From the NCBI RefSeq assembly GCF_963921235.1, contig NC_086101.1:248001-312000 (forward strand): a stretch of DNA of 64,000 bases. The letters run 5' to 3'. The notes below the pieces were generated by a model. The model did not search any database, was not told the origin of the DNA, and saw only the letters and a list, made by a program, of their open reading frames with translations. The translations under genes were made by a program, and so were the position numbers. Numbering within the stretch: the first letter of the stretch is position 1; every line of letters begins with the position of its first letter. Source of the DNA: Mobula hypostoma (taxonomy: Eukaryota). Positions 1 to 13,226 of the stretch are shown here, one piece after another.

Positions 1-1040
1 AATGGCAGGCAGTGACTAATGGGGTACCGCAAGGCTCAGTGCTGGGACCCCAGTTGTTTACAATATACATTAATGACTTAGATGAGGGAATTAAATGCAG
101 CATCTCCAGGTTTGCGAATGACACGAAGTTGGGTGGCAGTGTTAGCTGTGAGGAGGATGCTAAGAAGATGCAGGGTGACTTGGATAGGTTAGGTGAGTGG
201 GCAAATTCATGGCAAATGCAATTTAATGTGGATAAATGTGAGGTTATCCACTTTGGTGGCAAGAACAGGAAAACAGATTATTATCTGAATGGTGGCCGAT
301 TAGGAAAAGGGACGGTGCAGCAAGACCTGGGTGTCATTGTACACCAGTCATTGAAAGTGGGCATGCAGGTCCAGCAGGCAGTGAAAAAGGCGAATGATAT
401 GCTGGCATTCATAGCAAGAGGATTTGAGTACAGGAGCAGGGAGATACTACTGCAGTTGTACAAGGCCTTGGTGAGAGCACACCTGGAGTATTGTGTGCAG
501 TTTTGGTCCCCTAATCTGAGGAAAGACATTCTTGCCATAGACTGAGTACAAAGAAGGTTCACCAGATTGATTCCTGGGATGGCAGAACTTTCATATGATG
601 AAAGACTGGATCGACTAGGCTTGTATTCTCTGGAATTTAGAAGATTGAGGGGGGATCTGATTGAAACGTATAAAGTTCTAAAGAAATTGGACAGGCTAGA
701 TACAAGAAGACTGTTCCCGATGTTGGGGAAGTCCAGAACGAGGGGTCACAGTTTGAGGATAAAGGGAAAGGCTTTTAGGACCGAGATGAGGAAAAACTTC
801 TTCATACAGAGAGTAGTGAATCTGTGGAATTCTCTGCCACAGGAGACAGTTGAGGCCAGTTCATTGGCTATATTTAAGAGGGAGTTAGATATGGCCCTTG
901 TGGCAAAAGGGATCAGAGGGTATGGAGAGAAGGCAGATACAGGGTTCTGAGTTGGATGATCAGCCATGATCATACTGAATGGCGGTGCAGGCTCGATGGG
1001 CCGAATGCCCTACTCCTGCACCTATTTTGTATGTTTCTTT
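1..1040 (+). mobile_element. CR1 LINE, 3' part of ORF2 (RT) plus 3' UTR/tail, degraded
   Basis: ORFs 12-545 and 567-950 carry GVPQGSVLGP, FANDTKL (FADD motif), LEYCVQFWSP and RVVNLWNSLP; ends in the CR1 3' UTR ...ctactcctgcacctattttgtatgtttc. Confidence 0.92.
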
Positions 1041-2382
1041 GTGACTTCATATTGGGGGAGCAGCATCGGTGCTGGTGAGGCAAAAAGACAAAATAATCTC
1101 ATCAAAAATGATGGAACCGTCCTTGGCCACAACCGGGGCTCTTTCGAGTTCGTGGTGGAGAGGAGATCACTAAACACATGGTCATCCACTACGGAAAATG
1201 GGGCACATCCTCTCCATGACCTACTGCATAGGCAGCGGAGCACCCTTTCGCACAGACTTACTCAGCATCGCTGTCAGAAGGATCATTACAGAAAATCTTT
1301 CCTATCAAATGTAATATACAACAGTTCATTTGTTAATCTGCCACCCACAGCTCTAATCTACAAATTAAGTTTGCCAACAACACTACATTGATTGGCCTAT
1401 TCTCAGACAATAACGAGGTGGCCCACAGGGAAGAAGTCATCTCTCTGACACAATGGTGTCAAGAAAACAACCTCTCCCTCAATGTCGAAAAATCAAGGGA
1501 GCTGTGGATTACAGGAGGAATGGAGACGGGCTAACCCTATTGACATCAATGGATCTGGGGTTGAGAGGGTTAACAGATTTCAGTTCCTCAGGATCCTCAT
1601 CACCGAGGACCTCACGTGGTCTGTACACACAAGCTGTGCATTGAAAAAGGCACAATAGTGCCTCTTTCACCTCAGACGGTTGAGGAAGTTTGGTATGGGC
1701 CCCCAAAACCTTAGAAATTTCTACGGGAGCACAATTGAGAGCATCCTGACTGGCTGCATCACTGCCTGGTATGGGAACTGTACCTCCTTTAATCGAAGGA
1801 TTCTGCAGAAAGTGGTGCGCACAGCCAAGTGCATCTGTAACTGCGGACTTCCCACGATTCAGGAAATTTACAAAGACAGGTATGTAAAAAGGGTCCGCAG
1901 GATCATTGGGCACCAGAGTCACCCCAACCACAATCTGTTCCAGCTGCTACCATCGGGGCAACGCTATCGCAGCATAAAAGCCAGGACCAACAGGCTCCGA
2001 GACAGCTTCTTCCACCAGGAATCAGACTGAGTGTATTTCTATGTTACATTGCTGTTCTGTTTATTAAAAATTACTATGATTGCAGATCGCTCATTTAGAC
2101 GGAGGCGTAACGTAAAATTTTTTACTCCACATTTACGTGCAGGACGCAAGAAATAAGGTCAATTCAATACATCTTTCTGCGACAGATCATGGTTCAATAG
2201 TCTCTGCAAAATTGTTTCATACGTTATAATTGCACATTGGTACCATATTATTGTGTATATAATTATTCTCCACTTTATTTTTTGTAAAGTCTGCGCACTG
2301 CTAAGTGTGATTTTAAATATTGCTGCTGTAACGAAAGAATCTCCCACTCGGGATCAATAAAGTATTTATTATTATTATTATT
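1041..2382 (+). mobile_element. Two nested Rex1/Babar-like LINE 3' fragments (outer 1041-~1330 and ~2170-2382; inner ~1331-2168)
   Basis: Translations SYWGSSIG..NLIK..HPLH (outer) and FYGSTIESILTGCITAWYGNC..HPNHNLFQLLPSG (inner) match the Rex/Babar-type RT C-terminus; tails aataaggtcaattcaat and atcaataaagtattt(att)n. Confidence 0.7.
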
Positions 2383-2439
2383 CTCCAGACCCATATCTCT
2401 TTCACCAATAAACTTCACAGCTCTTGAATTTACTCTCTA

Positions 2440-3160
2440 TAGCAATAGAACCATAAATAGTTAAATAGTAATATGTAAATTATACCAGTAAATTTTGAAA
2501 TAAGTCCAGGACCAGCCTATTGGCTCAGGGTGTCTGACCCTCCAAGGGAGGAGTTGTAAAGTTTGATAGCCACAGGCAGGAATGACTTCCTATGATGCTC
2601 TGTGTAGCATCTCGGTGGAATGAGTATCTGGCTGAATGTACTCCTGTCCCCAACCAGGACATTATGTAGTGGATGGGAGACATTGACCAAGATGGCATGC
2701 AACTTAGACAGCATCCTCTTTTCAGACACCACCGTGAGAGAGTCCAGTTCCATCCCCACAACATCACTGGCCTTATGAATGAGTTTGTTGATTCTGTTGG
2801 TGTCTGCTACCCTCAGCCTGCTGCCCCAGCACACAACAGCAAACATGATAGCACTGGCCACCACAGACTCGTCGAACATCCTCAGCATGGACCGGCAAAT
2901 GTTAAAGGACCGCAGTCTCCTCAGGAAATAGAGACGGCTCTGACCCTTCTTGTAGACAGCCTCAGTGTTCTTAGACCAGTCCAGATATTGTCAATTCGTA
3001 TCCACAGGTATTTGTAATCCTCCACCATGTCCACACTGACCTCCTGGATGGAAGCAGGGGTCGCCGGTGCCCAGCTCTCCTCAGGTCTACCACCAGCTGC
3101 TTGGTCTTTTTCACATTAAGCTGCAGATAATTCTGCTCACACCATGTGACAAAGTTTCCT
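2440..3160 (-). mobile_element. Rex1/Babar-like LINE 3' fragment
   Basis: ORF 2517-2888 (ESVVASAIMFAVVCWGSRL...GGSDTLSQ) and upstream WCEQNYLQLNVKKTKQLVVD; same family at 8557, 52344 and 58019. Confidence 0.82.
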
Positions 3161-3164
3161 GTCC

Positions 3165-3325
3165 TCCACATTCTGACTCCCTCCCTTCCTTTCCAGTCCT
3201 GAAGAAGGGTCTGTGGTTGAAACGCCGACTGTTCACTCCTCTCTATAGCTGCTGCCTGCCCCCCCGAGTTCCTCCAGCATTTTGTGTGCGTTGCTTTGGA
3301 TTTCCGCATCTGCAGATTTTAGCCT
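3165..3325 (+). mobile_element. Penelope-like terminal repeat remnant with degenerate minimal hammerhead motif
   Basis: CAGTC-CTGAAGA-stemII-GAAA-CGCC-GACTG at 3194-3231, followed by ...gagttcctccagcattttgtgtg; homologous copy at 40955-41260. Confidence 0.6.
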
Positions 3326-3810
3326 GTTAAACCAATACGCCTGCGCGGTGGTCGTGCTGAATCCCGAATATCGCGCATGCGCTGAGAACCCGCGAGCTCA
3401 CGAAAACGGATGCAGGTAAGAGTCAGCTCCGGGCGGAAAAAACATAATCACCGGCGTCTGAAACGCGACCGGAAGACAATTACTGTGATTTCCAGCCACA
3501 CTGGTACTCCACCCAAGGACGGTCCTGGTTCTTTCCCTCTCTTTCAGCCCCATGATCCGTACCCGGGCCCCAGGGAGCTTTTGACTCTTAGGCCCCGATG
3601 CTGCCTCTGGAGCTTTTGATGGTGGACAGGGAGGGTTCTCTTCGCGAGGGCTTCTGGGTAGAGAGGCAGCCATAGGCAATAGTACCGGTGTTGTCCCGTA
3701 CAGTCAAAAAAATGGGAGCGGATGTATCTCCCAAACACTGCCGAACTCCAGCTATGTAAATCCGAACTCGGAACAAAAATATAGTTCCCAGTTAATTTCA
3801 TGAAACTTGG
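3326..3810 (+). promoter_or_regulatory. CpG-rich putative promoter/first exon of ZNF unit 1
   Basis: Locally high CpG density; CCAAT 3332-3336; NRF1-type GCGCATGCGC 3373-3382; donor CAG|GTAAGA at 3415/3416; homologous to 41270-41800. Confidence 0.6.
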
Positions 3811-6221
3811 CTACAGGAGGAGCAGGACTGGCAGCTTAATATTCCAGGGTTCCGATGTTTCAGATGTCATAGAGGCAGTGGAATGAAAGGTGGGGTTGGT
3901 AGCATTGCTTGTCAGGGAAAATGTTACAGCAGTGCTCAGGCAGGACAGATTAGAGGGCTTTTCTACTGAGTCCCTATGGGTGGAGCTGAGAAACAGGAAA
4001 GGTATGGCCACATTAGTGGAATTCTATTATAGACCACCCAATAGTCAGCGAGAATTGGAGGAGCAAATCTGCAGAGAGATAGCAGGCAACTGCAGGAAAC
4101 ATAACGTTGTGGTGGTAGGGGATTTTAATTTTCCATATATTGATTGGGACTCCCATACTGTTAGGGGTCTAGATGGGTTAGAGTTTGTAAAGTGTGTTCA
4201 GGAAAGTGTTCTAGATCAATATATAGAGGTACCAACTAGTGGGGATGCAATATTAGATCTCCTATTAGGAATCGAGTTTGGACAAGTGACGGAAGTGTGT
4301 GCAGGGGAACGCTTTGGTTCCAGTGATCATAACACCATTAGTTTCAACTTGATCATGGATAAGGATAAATCTGGTCCTAGGGTTGAGGTTCTAAACTGGA
4401 AGAAGGCCAAATTTGAAGAAATGAGAAAGGATCTGAAAAGCGTGGATTGGGACAGGTTGTTCTCCGGCAAGGATGTGATCGGTAAGTGGGAAGGCTTCAA
4501 AGGAGAAATTTTGAGAGTGCAGAGCTTGTATGTTCCTGTCAGGATTAAAGGCAAAGTGATTAGAAATAAGGAACCTTGGTTTTCAAGGGATATTGCAAGA
4601 AGAGGGAGTTGTATGACATGTATAGGAAACAGGGAGGAAATAAGGTGCTTGAAGAGTATAAAAAGTGCAAGAAAATACTTAAGAAGGAAATCAGGAGGTC
4701 TAAAAGAAGACATGAGGTTGCCTTGGCAGTCAAAATGAAGGATAATCCAAAGAGCTTTTACAGGTATATTGAGAGTGAAAGGATTGTAAGGGGTAAAATT
4801 GGTCCTCTTGAAGATCAGGGTGGTCGGCTATGTGCGGAACCAAAAGAAATGGGGGAGATCTTAAATAGGTTTTTTTGCGTCTGTATTTACTAAGGAAACT
4901 GGCATGAAGTCTATGGAATTAAGGGAAACAAGTAGTGAAATCATAGAAACTGTACAGATTGAAAAGGAGGAGGTGCTTGCTGTCTTGAGGCAAATTAAAC
5001 TTGATAAATTCCCAGGACCTGGCAGGGTATTCCCTCGGACCTTAAAGGAGACTAGTGTTGAAATTGCAGGGGCCTTGGCAGATATATTTAAAGTGTCGGT
5101 GTCTACGGGTGAGGTGCCGGAGGATTGGAGAATGGCTTATGTTGTTCCGTTGTTTGAAAAAGAATCGAAAAGTAATCTGGGAAATTATAGGCCGGTAAGT
5201 TTGACGTTGGTAGTGGGTAAGCTATTGGAGGGAGTACTAAGACACAGAATCTACAAGCATTTGGATAGACAGGGACTTATTAGGGAGAGTCAACATGGCT
5301 TTGTACGTGGTAAGTCATGTTTGACCAGTCTATTGGAGTTTTTCGAGGAGGTTGCCAGGAATGTAGATGAAGGGAAGGCAGTGGATGTTGTCTACATGGA
5401 CTTCAGTAAGGCCTTTGACAAGGTCCCGCATGGGAGGTTAGTTAGGAAAATCCAGTCGCTCGGTATACATGGAGAGGTGGTAAATTGGATTAGACATTGG
5501 CTCAATGGAAGAAGCCAAAGAGTGGTAGTAGAGGATTGCTTCTCAGAGTGAAGGCCTGTGACTAGTGGTGTGCCACAGGGATCAGTGCTGGGTCCATTGT
5601 TATTTGTCATCTATATCAATGATCTGGATGATAATGTGGTAAATTGGATCAGCAAATTTGCTTATGATACGAAGATTGGAGGTGTAGTGGACAGTGAGGA
5701 AGGTTTTCAAAGCTTGAAGAGGGATTTGGACCAGCTGGAAAAATGGGCTGAAAAATGGCAGATGGAGTTTAATACAGACAGGTGTGAGGTATTACACTTT
5801 GGTAGGACAAACCAACGTAGAACATACAGGGTAAATGGTAAGGCACTGAGGAGTGCAGTAGAACAGAGGGATCTGGGAATACAGATACAAAATTCCCTGA
5901 AAGTGGCGTCACAGGTAGATAGAGTCGTAAAGAGAGCTTTTGGTACATTGGCCTTTATTAATCAAAGTATTGAGTATAAGAGCTGGAATGTTGTGATGAG
6001 AATAAGGCATTGGTGAGGCCGAATCTGGAGTATTGTGTTCATTTTTGGTCACCAAATTACAGGAAGGATATAAATAAAGTTGAAAGAGCTCAGAGAAGGT
6101 TTACAAGGGTGTTGCCGGGACTTGAGAAATGCAGTTACAGAGAAAGGTTGAATAGGTTAGGCCTTTATTCCCTGGAGCGTAGAAGAATGAGGGGAGATTT
6201 GATAGAAGCATATAAAATTAT

Positions 6222-8241
6222 ATTTTATACTTTATTGTCGCCAAACAATTGGTACTGCGCTTATTTGATTCTGCGCTTCACACTCCCTGGATTACAAATA
6301 TTAAATATTATAAATATTAAAAATAGTTAAAATGAGTAAATATTAAGAAAAATTATAAATCGTAAATAGCAAATAGAAAAATGGGAAGTAAGGTAGTGCA
6401 AAAAAACTGAGAGGCAGGTCCGTATATTTGGAGATACGGCCCAGATCCGGGTCAGGATCCGTTCAGCAGCCTTATCACAGTTGGAAAGAAGCTGTTCCCA
6501 AATCTGGCCGTCCAAGTCTTCAAGCTCCTGAACCTTCTCCCGGAGGGAAGAGGGACGAAAAATCTGTTAGCTGGGTGGGTCGTGTCCTTGATTATCCTGG
6601 CAGCAATGCTCCGACAGCGTGCGGTGTAAAGCGAGTCCAAGGACGGAAGATTGGTTTGTGTGATGTGCTGTGCCGTGTTCACGATCTTCTGCAGCTTCTT
6701 TCGGTCTTGGACAGGACAACTTCCATACCAGGTTGTGATGCACCCTAGAAGAAAGCTTTCTACAGTGCATCTATAAAAATTAGTGAGTGTTTAGGAGACA
6801 GGCCAAATTTCTTTACTTTTCTCAGGAAGTAAAGGCGCTGGTGGGTCTTCTTGGCAGTGGTTGGACCAAGTCAGGTCATTTGTGATATTGACCCCAAGGA
6901 ACTTAAAGCTTTTGACCTGTTCCACTTGCGCACCTCCAATGTAAATTGAGTCCTGCGGTCCGCTATTCCTTCTGAAGTCAACAACCAGTTCCTTCGTTTT
7001 GCTGACGTTGAGGGATAGGTTGTCTTCGCACCATGCCACCAGGTTCTTAATTTCCTCTCTGTACTCAAACTCATCATTATCCGAGATACAGCCTACAATT
7101 GTTGTGTCATCAGCAAACATATATGTTGAGTTTGATGGAAACTTGGCTGCACAATCATGGGTGTACAGTGAGTACAGCAGGGGCTGAGTACACAGCCTTG
7201 TGGGGCACCGGTGCTCAGAGTGATTGTAGAGGAGAGCTTGTCCCCTATTTTTACAGCTTGGGTCCTGTCTGTGAGGAAGTTGAAGATACAGCTGCAGATC
7301 TGAGTGCTGAGACCCAGGTTCCGGAGCCTAGGAATTAGTTTATTTGGAATGGTAGTATTAAAGGCAGAGCTGTAGTCAATGAAAAGGAGCCTTACGCATG
7401 CGTCTTTATTCTCCAGGTGTTCTAAGGCGGAGTGTAGGGCCAGAGAGATGGCATCTGCTGTTGACCTGTTGCTCCGGTAGGCGATTTGCAAAGCGTCGAG
7501 GTTGACTGGTAGGCTGTGGTTGATGTGTGCCATAACCAATCTCTCAAAGCACTTCATAGCAATTGATGTCAGAGCCACAGGTCGATAGTCATTCAGGCAT
7601 GCCACCTTGCTCTTCTTCGGCACTGGGATTATCGTTGCCTTCTTAAAACATGAGGGGATCTTAGACTGAAGCAAAGAACAGTTGAAGATGTCAGCAAACT
7701 GTCCAGCTAGCTGGCTTGCACAGGCCCGAAGAACTCGTCCCGGGATGCCATCTGGGCCCATCGCCTTCCTTGGATTTATCTTCAGGAAGGCCCTTCTAAC
7801 GTCCTCCTCGGTGACGATGAATCTCGATGCCACCAGGTCCGGTTCATCCGGAGGGAGCGGGATGCTCCTCTTCTGTTCGAATCTTGTGTAGAATACGTTA
7901 AGTTCGTCAGGAAGAGAAGCGCCACAGTTATTGATATCCCCAGCCTTTTCTTTGTGCCCAGTGATCTCATTTAGACCCTGCCATAGTCTACTGGCATCCC
8001 TTTATTTAACCTGGGCTTCCAACTTGGCTCGATATTGCCCCTTGGTGCCCTTAATGGCTTTCCGGAGTTCACGCCTGGATTCCATGTAGCGACTGGTATC
8101 CCCGGATCTAAAAGCCGCAGCTCCAGCCTTTGAACGGGACTTGACCTCATAATCCATCCAAGGTTTCCGGTGAGGGAACACCCGGATTGTCTTGCGAGAC
8201 ACACAGTCCTCCGGGCATTTCCAAATAAAGTCCGCGACATC
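6222..8241 (-). mobile_element. Rex1/Babar-like LINE, 5'-truncated, nested in CR1
   Basis: ORF 7093-7833 (KAMGPDGI, NDYRPVALTS, FIDYSSAFNT, GAPQGCVLSP), 6791-7120 (FADDTT); 3' end aataaagtataaaata near 6222. Confidence 0.88.
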
Positions 8242-8556
8242 TGATGGGTATAGATAGAGTGGATGCAATTATGATGGGTATAGATAGAGTGAATGCAAGC
8301 AGGCTTTTTCCACTGAGGCAAGGGGAGAAAAAAAACCAGAGGACGTGGGTTAAGGGTGAAGGGGGAAAAGTTTAAAGGGAACATTAGTGGGAGGCTCTTC
8401 ACACAGAGAGTGGTGGGAGTGTGGAATGAGCTGCCAGACGAGGTGGTAATTGCAGGTTCTTCTTTAATATTTAAGAATAAATTGGACAGATACATGGATG
8501 GGAGGTGTATGGAGGGATATGGTCCGTGTGCAGGTCAGTGGGACTAGGCAGAAAAT

Positions 8557-8943
8557 AGTCATAGTCATACTTTATTGATCCCGAGGGAAACTGGGTTTCA
8601 TTACAGTTGCACCAATCAAGAATAGAGCATAGATATAGCAATATAAAAGCATAAATAATTAAATAATATGTAAATTATGCCAGGAAATAAGTCCAGGACC
8701 AGCCTATTAGCTCAGGGTGTCTGACCCTCCAAGGAAGGAGTTGTACCTCCTATGACGCTCTGTGTTGCATCTCGGTGGAATGATTCTCTGGCTGAATGTA
8801 CTCCTGTGTGGAGACATTGACCAAGATGGCATGCAACTTGGGCAGCATCCTCTTTTCAGACACCACCGTCAGAGAGTCCAGTTCCATCCCCACAGCATCA
8901 CTGGCCTTATGAATGAGATTGTTGATTGTGTTGGTGTCTGCTA
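8557..8943 (-). mobile_element. Rex1/Babar-like 3' fragment nested in CR1 3' UTR
   Basis: NNLIHKASDAVGMELDSL; tail atcaataaagtatgactatgact. Confidence 0.8.
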
Positions 8944-10561
8944 ACGGCACAGCCAAGAAGGGCTGAAAGGCCTGTTTCTGTGCTGTAGTTTTTCTATGGT
9001 TTTTTTCCAATGGAAATAAAATCTTCCATCAGGTTTACTTCTCTCCGGGTAAATAATGATGTGAAACACCTTTGCCTCGATGACAAGTGACTTGTGGCTT
9101 TCACATCACAAAAGTGCCGCACTCCAATGAGAATAACCACTGCCCTCCACTTTATATTCATTGGCATTGCCATCGATAGGTTATTCTCCGTCAGTCAGCT
9201 GGTGGGAGGGTATCCGAGTGATTAGTAAATCTCCAGGATCGTGCTCCAGGAAAGTGCCCTTTGTAGTGTTGTGGAACATGACCAGAACTTGAAATAATAC
9301 CAAAGGACAAATTGAGCCAAGACACAGGTTGATTGAAGTCAGAAATAGCCCATGCTCATACAGAGAGGAATACAGTCAGAGAGTTTGATGGTCAGTCAGA
9401 ATGTCTGATCTGTGCCTTGTTAGAAGATGAATGCATATCGAAACAGAAATCTGCAATATATTAGAGGCCCTTCGGCCCACAGTGTTGTGCCGTCCAGGTA
9501 ACCTATTCGAGAAACTGCCTCGGATTTCCCAAATGCATTGCACTCTGTTTTTCTAAGCTCCATGTGCATATCTAAGAGACTCTATGGTATCTGCCTCTAC
9601 CATCATCGCTGGCAGTGCATTCCATGCACCTACTACTGTCTGTGTGAAAAACCTACCTCTGACATCCCCTTTGACCCTTCCAAGCACCTTAAAACTATGC
9701 CCCTTGTGTTTGCCAATTCAGCCCTAGGAAAAAGCCTCTGGCTATCTTCATGATCAATGCCGTTCATCATCTTATACACATTTGTCAGGTCACCTCTCAT
9801 CTTCAAAGTTCACTCAACCTATTCTCATAAGGCATGTTCTCCAATCCATGCAACATCCTTGTAAATCTCCTCTGCAGTTTTTCTATAGTATCCCCATCCT
9901 TCCTATAATGAGGTAACTGAACACAATCCCCTAAGTGGGGTATAAATAAGGTTTTATATACCTGTAACATTACCTCACCGATCTTGAGCTCAGTTCCATG
10001 GTTGATGAAGGCCTTCTTAACACCATTGTCCATCAGCACTGCAGCTTTGAATGTCAAATTGACATGGACCCCAAGATCTCGTTGATCGTCCACACTGCCA
10101 AGTGTCCTAACATAATATTGTAGTCTGTCTTCAAATTTGATGTACGGAAATAAACCACAGCACACTTATCTGGGTTGAACTTCATCTGCCAGTTCTGTAT
10201 CCTATCGATGTCCTGCTATAACCTCTGGACAACTGTCCAGCCTGTTCACCACACCCTCAACTTTTGTGTCATCAGCAAACTTTCTAACCCACCCTTCTAC
10301 TTCCTCGTCAAGATCATTTATAAAAATCACAAAGAGGAGTCTCAGAACACATCCCTGCAGAACACCACTGGTCACCGTCCTCCATGCAATTTACAAACCA
10401 TCTCCAACCACCTTTTGGCTTCTGTGGGCAAGCCAATTCTGGATCCAGAAAGCAAGGTCTATTTTGATCCTGGCCTCATTACTTTCTGAATGAGCCTCGC
10501 TTGAGGAATTTTATCAAAATTCTTACTGAAAGCCATGTACACTACATCCAATGCTCTACAT

Positions 10562-13226
10562 TAGTGGTCGCCAACCAGTCAATCGCGATCGACCAGTTGA
10601 TCTTTGAGACTTTCCCATTAGATCCCGAAAAAAAAAGAAAAATAAATACACAATTACATTATGCCTGATAAACTTTGCGATGCAGAAGCAGATTTTACCC
10701 CTAGAGCGCATATGTGAGTCGTTTTTAACCCACACTTAGTTGCTTTCCCTGTTCGTTGTGTTTTATGTTTTTCCGCTGCCCAGCGTTTTGTGTCAGATGT
10801 GCCACTGTCTGTCAAATTCCATGGAGCATGGAAGAGCTTCGTTTATCTTAAACATAAACGAACAAATGGGCAAACTGTCCATTGGCAAAAGAATACAACA
10901 CGCGTGGGTAAAAATGACTCACTTCTGCATTCATGACTTAACTGAAATTTGATCAACTTTGATCGGTTTTGACTCTGTTATGCTGCTATTTATATTACAT
11001 CAGTTATGCAAAAGCTTGATCAGTTGTACTGCTTTCTTTCAAATTTTTTGCCTTTGATAGCGTGAATACGTTTAGCATTTCAGATAGTGTGCTAGTAACT
11101 AGCATTAATTTTAGTTTTTACTGAAAAGTTAGCGCCTCTCTCTCTATTTTCATTTAGCTGTTGTACTTTTTTCAGCGTAGCTTGTGCTGCATCAAAGTGA
11201 CCAATTAGATTAGATAAGAGTACAGACTGTCGCAAACGTCAGTATACGGCGCTCGCTGGTGATATCCTGCAAGCTCGCTAGCATGGCGGAGGCTCCACGA
11301 AAGAAGGCAAAAACATACAAATTCCATTCAGAATGGGAAGAGGAATTTCTGTTTACCGTGGAGAAAGACAAGTGTGTATGTATGTTGTGCCACCAAACAC
11401 ATGTACTGACTAAAAGAGGGAATCTGGAGCGGCACCACAACACCAACCACCAGAAATTTAAAGACACCTACCCCCCGCCAAAGAGCGCATCTGTGCCAGA
11501 AAGTTGAGGAGCTGAACTCAGGGTTGAAGGCCCAGCAATCGTTTTTCACAAAACATGCTGCTCAAAAATAAGGATCAACAAGAGTTAAAGGACTTGTCTC
11601 TCTGTGAATATTTTTTACTGCAGTTCGATGAATCCCTGGATGTAATGCAAACAGCTCAGCTTGTTGTACTTGTCAGAATGGCTTTCCAGGATTTTACAAC
11701 AAAGGGGGACTTCCTCATTCTTTTGCAATTAAAGGAGAGAACGAGAGGTGAGGATATTTACAATGAGTTTAAAAAATAAGTCTGTGAAAATGACGTCCCC
11801 ATTAATAAACTGATGGCAATTACTACTGATGGGGCCTCAGCAATGCGCAGTGTGAGCGCTGGTTTAGAGCACTGTGACATAATAAGCCTGATTTTCCCAA
11901 CTTCCTGAATTATCACTGTGTGGTTCATCAGCAGGCCTTGGCTGGGAAGGTCGTGGACTTTTCTCATGTAATGACACTGGTGGTCAAACTGATAAACTTC
12001 ATTTGAGCAAAAGCACTTCAGCACCGCTTATTCAAGGTGTTATTGGATGAGCTTGGTGCTGCCTACAGAGACAGAATTCTTCATGCTGATGTTCCGTGGT
12101 TGAATCGCGGGAAAGTGCTGCAATGATTTGTTGACTTGCTGCCTGAGATAAAGACTTTCCTCTCAGCAAGAAACGAGGAGCATGTGGAACTGTCCAATGA
12201 TGCGTGGCTACTGGATTTAGGGTTTCTGACAGACCTAATGGCTAAATTAAACACATTTAACAACGAGCTCATGGGAAAAGACCGACACCTGCCACACATG
12301 ATCAGCGCAGTTAATGCATTTAAGGCCAAGCTCGGTATTTGGATTTCAAATTTAAAGAACGGGAGGCTGACACACTTTCCCAACTTGAAGAAAATGTTAC
12401 AGGCCATCAAGGAAACAAATGCTTTTCACCCTGAGCAGTACTGTGCTTACCTAGACAAACTGGCAATAGAGTTCGATCGGCGTTTTGGGGAGTTAAACGT
12501 CATGAAAGATATTGCTGCATTTATTTCAAACCCATTTCTGTCAATCGATATAGAATAGATAGCAGCCAAATTCCAGCAAGTATTTGGTCTGCCAAGTGAT
12601 ATTGAAATGGAAACAATTGACTTGCAAATTGACAGCAATCAAGGGCCGCTGACTTTTGAGGGCTTGTCAGCAGGGAGAAGTTTCCTCATCTCACCACATG
12701 TGCACTAAAAGTCAGTCCCTACTTCGGGTCAACTTATCTGTGTGAAATTTCATTTTCACAGATGAAAATTATTAAATCTAAGTACAGGAGCTGTCTTACT
12801 GACAGACACCCCACAGACTGTCTCAGACTGGCTGTCTGTAGTTATGACCCAAATTTCAGGGAACTAGCAGAAAGTATTCAGCCCCAGTCATCACACTGAA
12901 TGCAACAGTCAATTTTTATTTGTTTATTTTTCATGTTGAAATAAAATTAAATAATGAAACTTAGATTTAAAGGTATGAAGTATTGTAATATTCTTAAAGA
13001 AAGACATCTGTTTGATATGCTAGTTACAGTGTTTTCTTGGTAGAATTAATTTGAAAGTTTGACAAAAACATTTTATGTAATTCAAGTACCATGAGCCAAA
13101 ATAAATGGCCTCAAGTTGGAAGTACAATATGAGCTGTTTTTTCTCTAAACAATTTAGTATGTTGATCTTGCCTTTCACTAAGGCCGAGGTAGGGGATATT
13201 GGGCTTAAAAAGGTTGGCGACCACTA
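10562..13226 (+). mobile_element. hAT DNA transposon, Buster/Charlie (SPIN/GTF2IRD2-like) type, full-length ends, dead transposase
   Basis: Perfect 15-bp TIRs TAGTGGTCGCCAACC (10562-10576 / 13212-13226); 8-bp TSD CTCTACAT (10554-10561 / 13227-13234). Confidence 0.95.
11283..12899 (+). pseudogene. hAT transposase pseudogene (BED-like N-terminus, DDE core, dimerisation domain)
   Basis: FHSEWEEEFLF..CMLC..NLERHH; LQFDESLD; TTDGA; HCVVHQQAL; WLLDLGFLTDL; FGSTYLCE..FS; ends QSSH*; multiple stops, frameshifts and deletions. Confidence 0.88.

Larger units (their letters stand above)
3811..9005 (+). mobile_element. CR1 LINE ORF2 (APE endonuclease + RT) with frameshifts, interrupted by two Rex/Babar insertions
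   Basis: ORFs 3890-4738 (YYRPP, GDFN, SDH), 4904-5551, 5558-6016, 6010-6220; resumes 8242-8556; tail at 8944-9005. Confidence 0.9.

Noticed and set aside
11283..12899. Domesticated GTF2IRD2/ZBED-type gene
   Set aside because: Multiple stops and frameshifts, and it is still bounded by TIRs and a TSD
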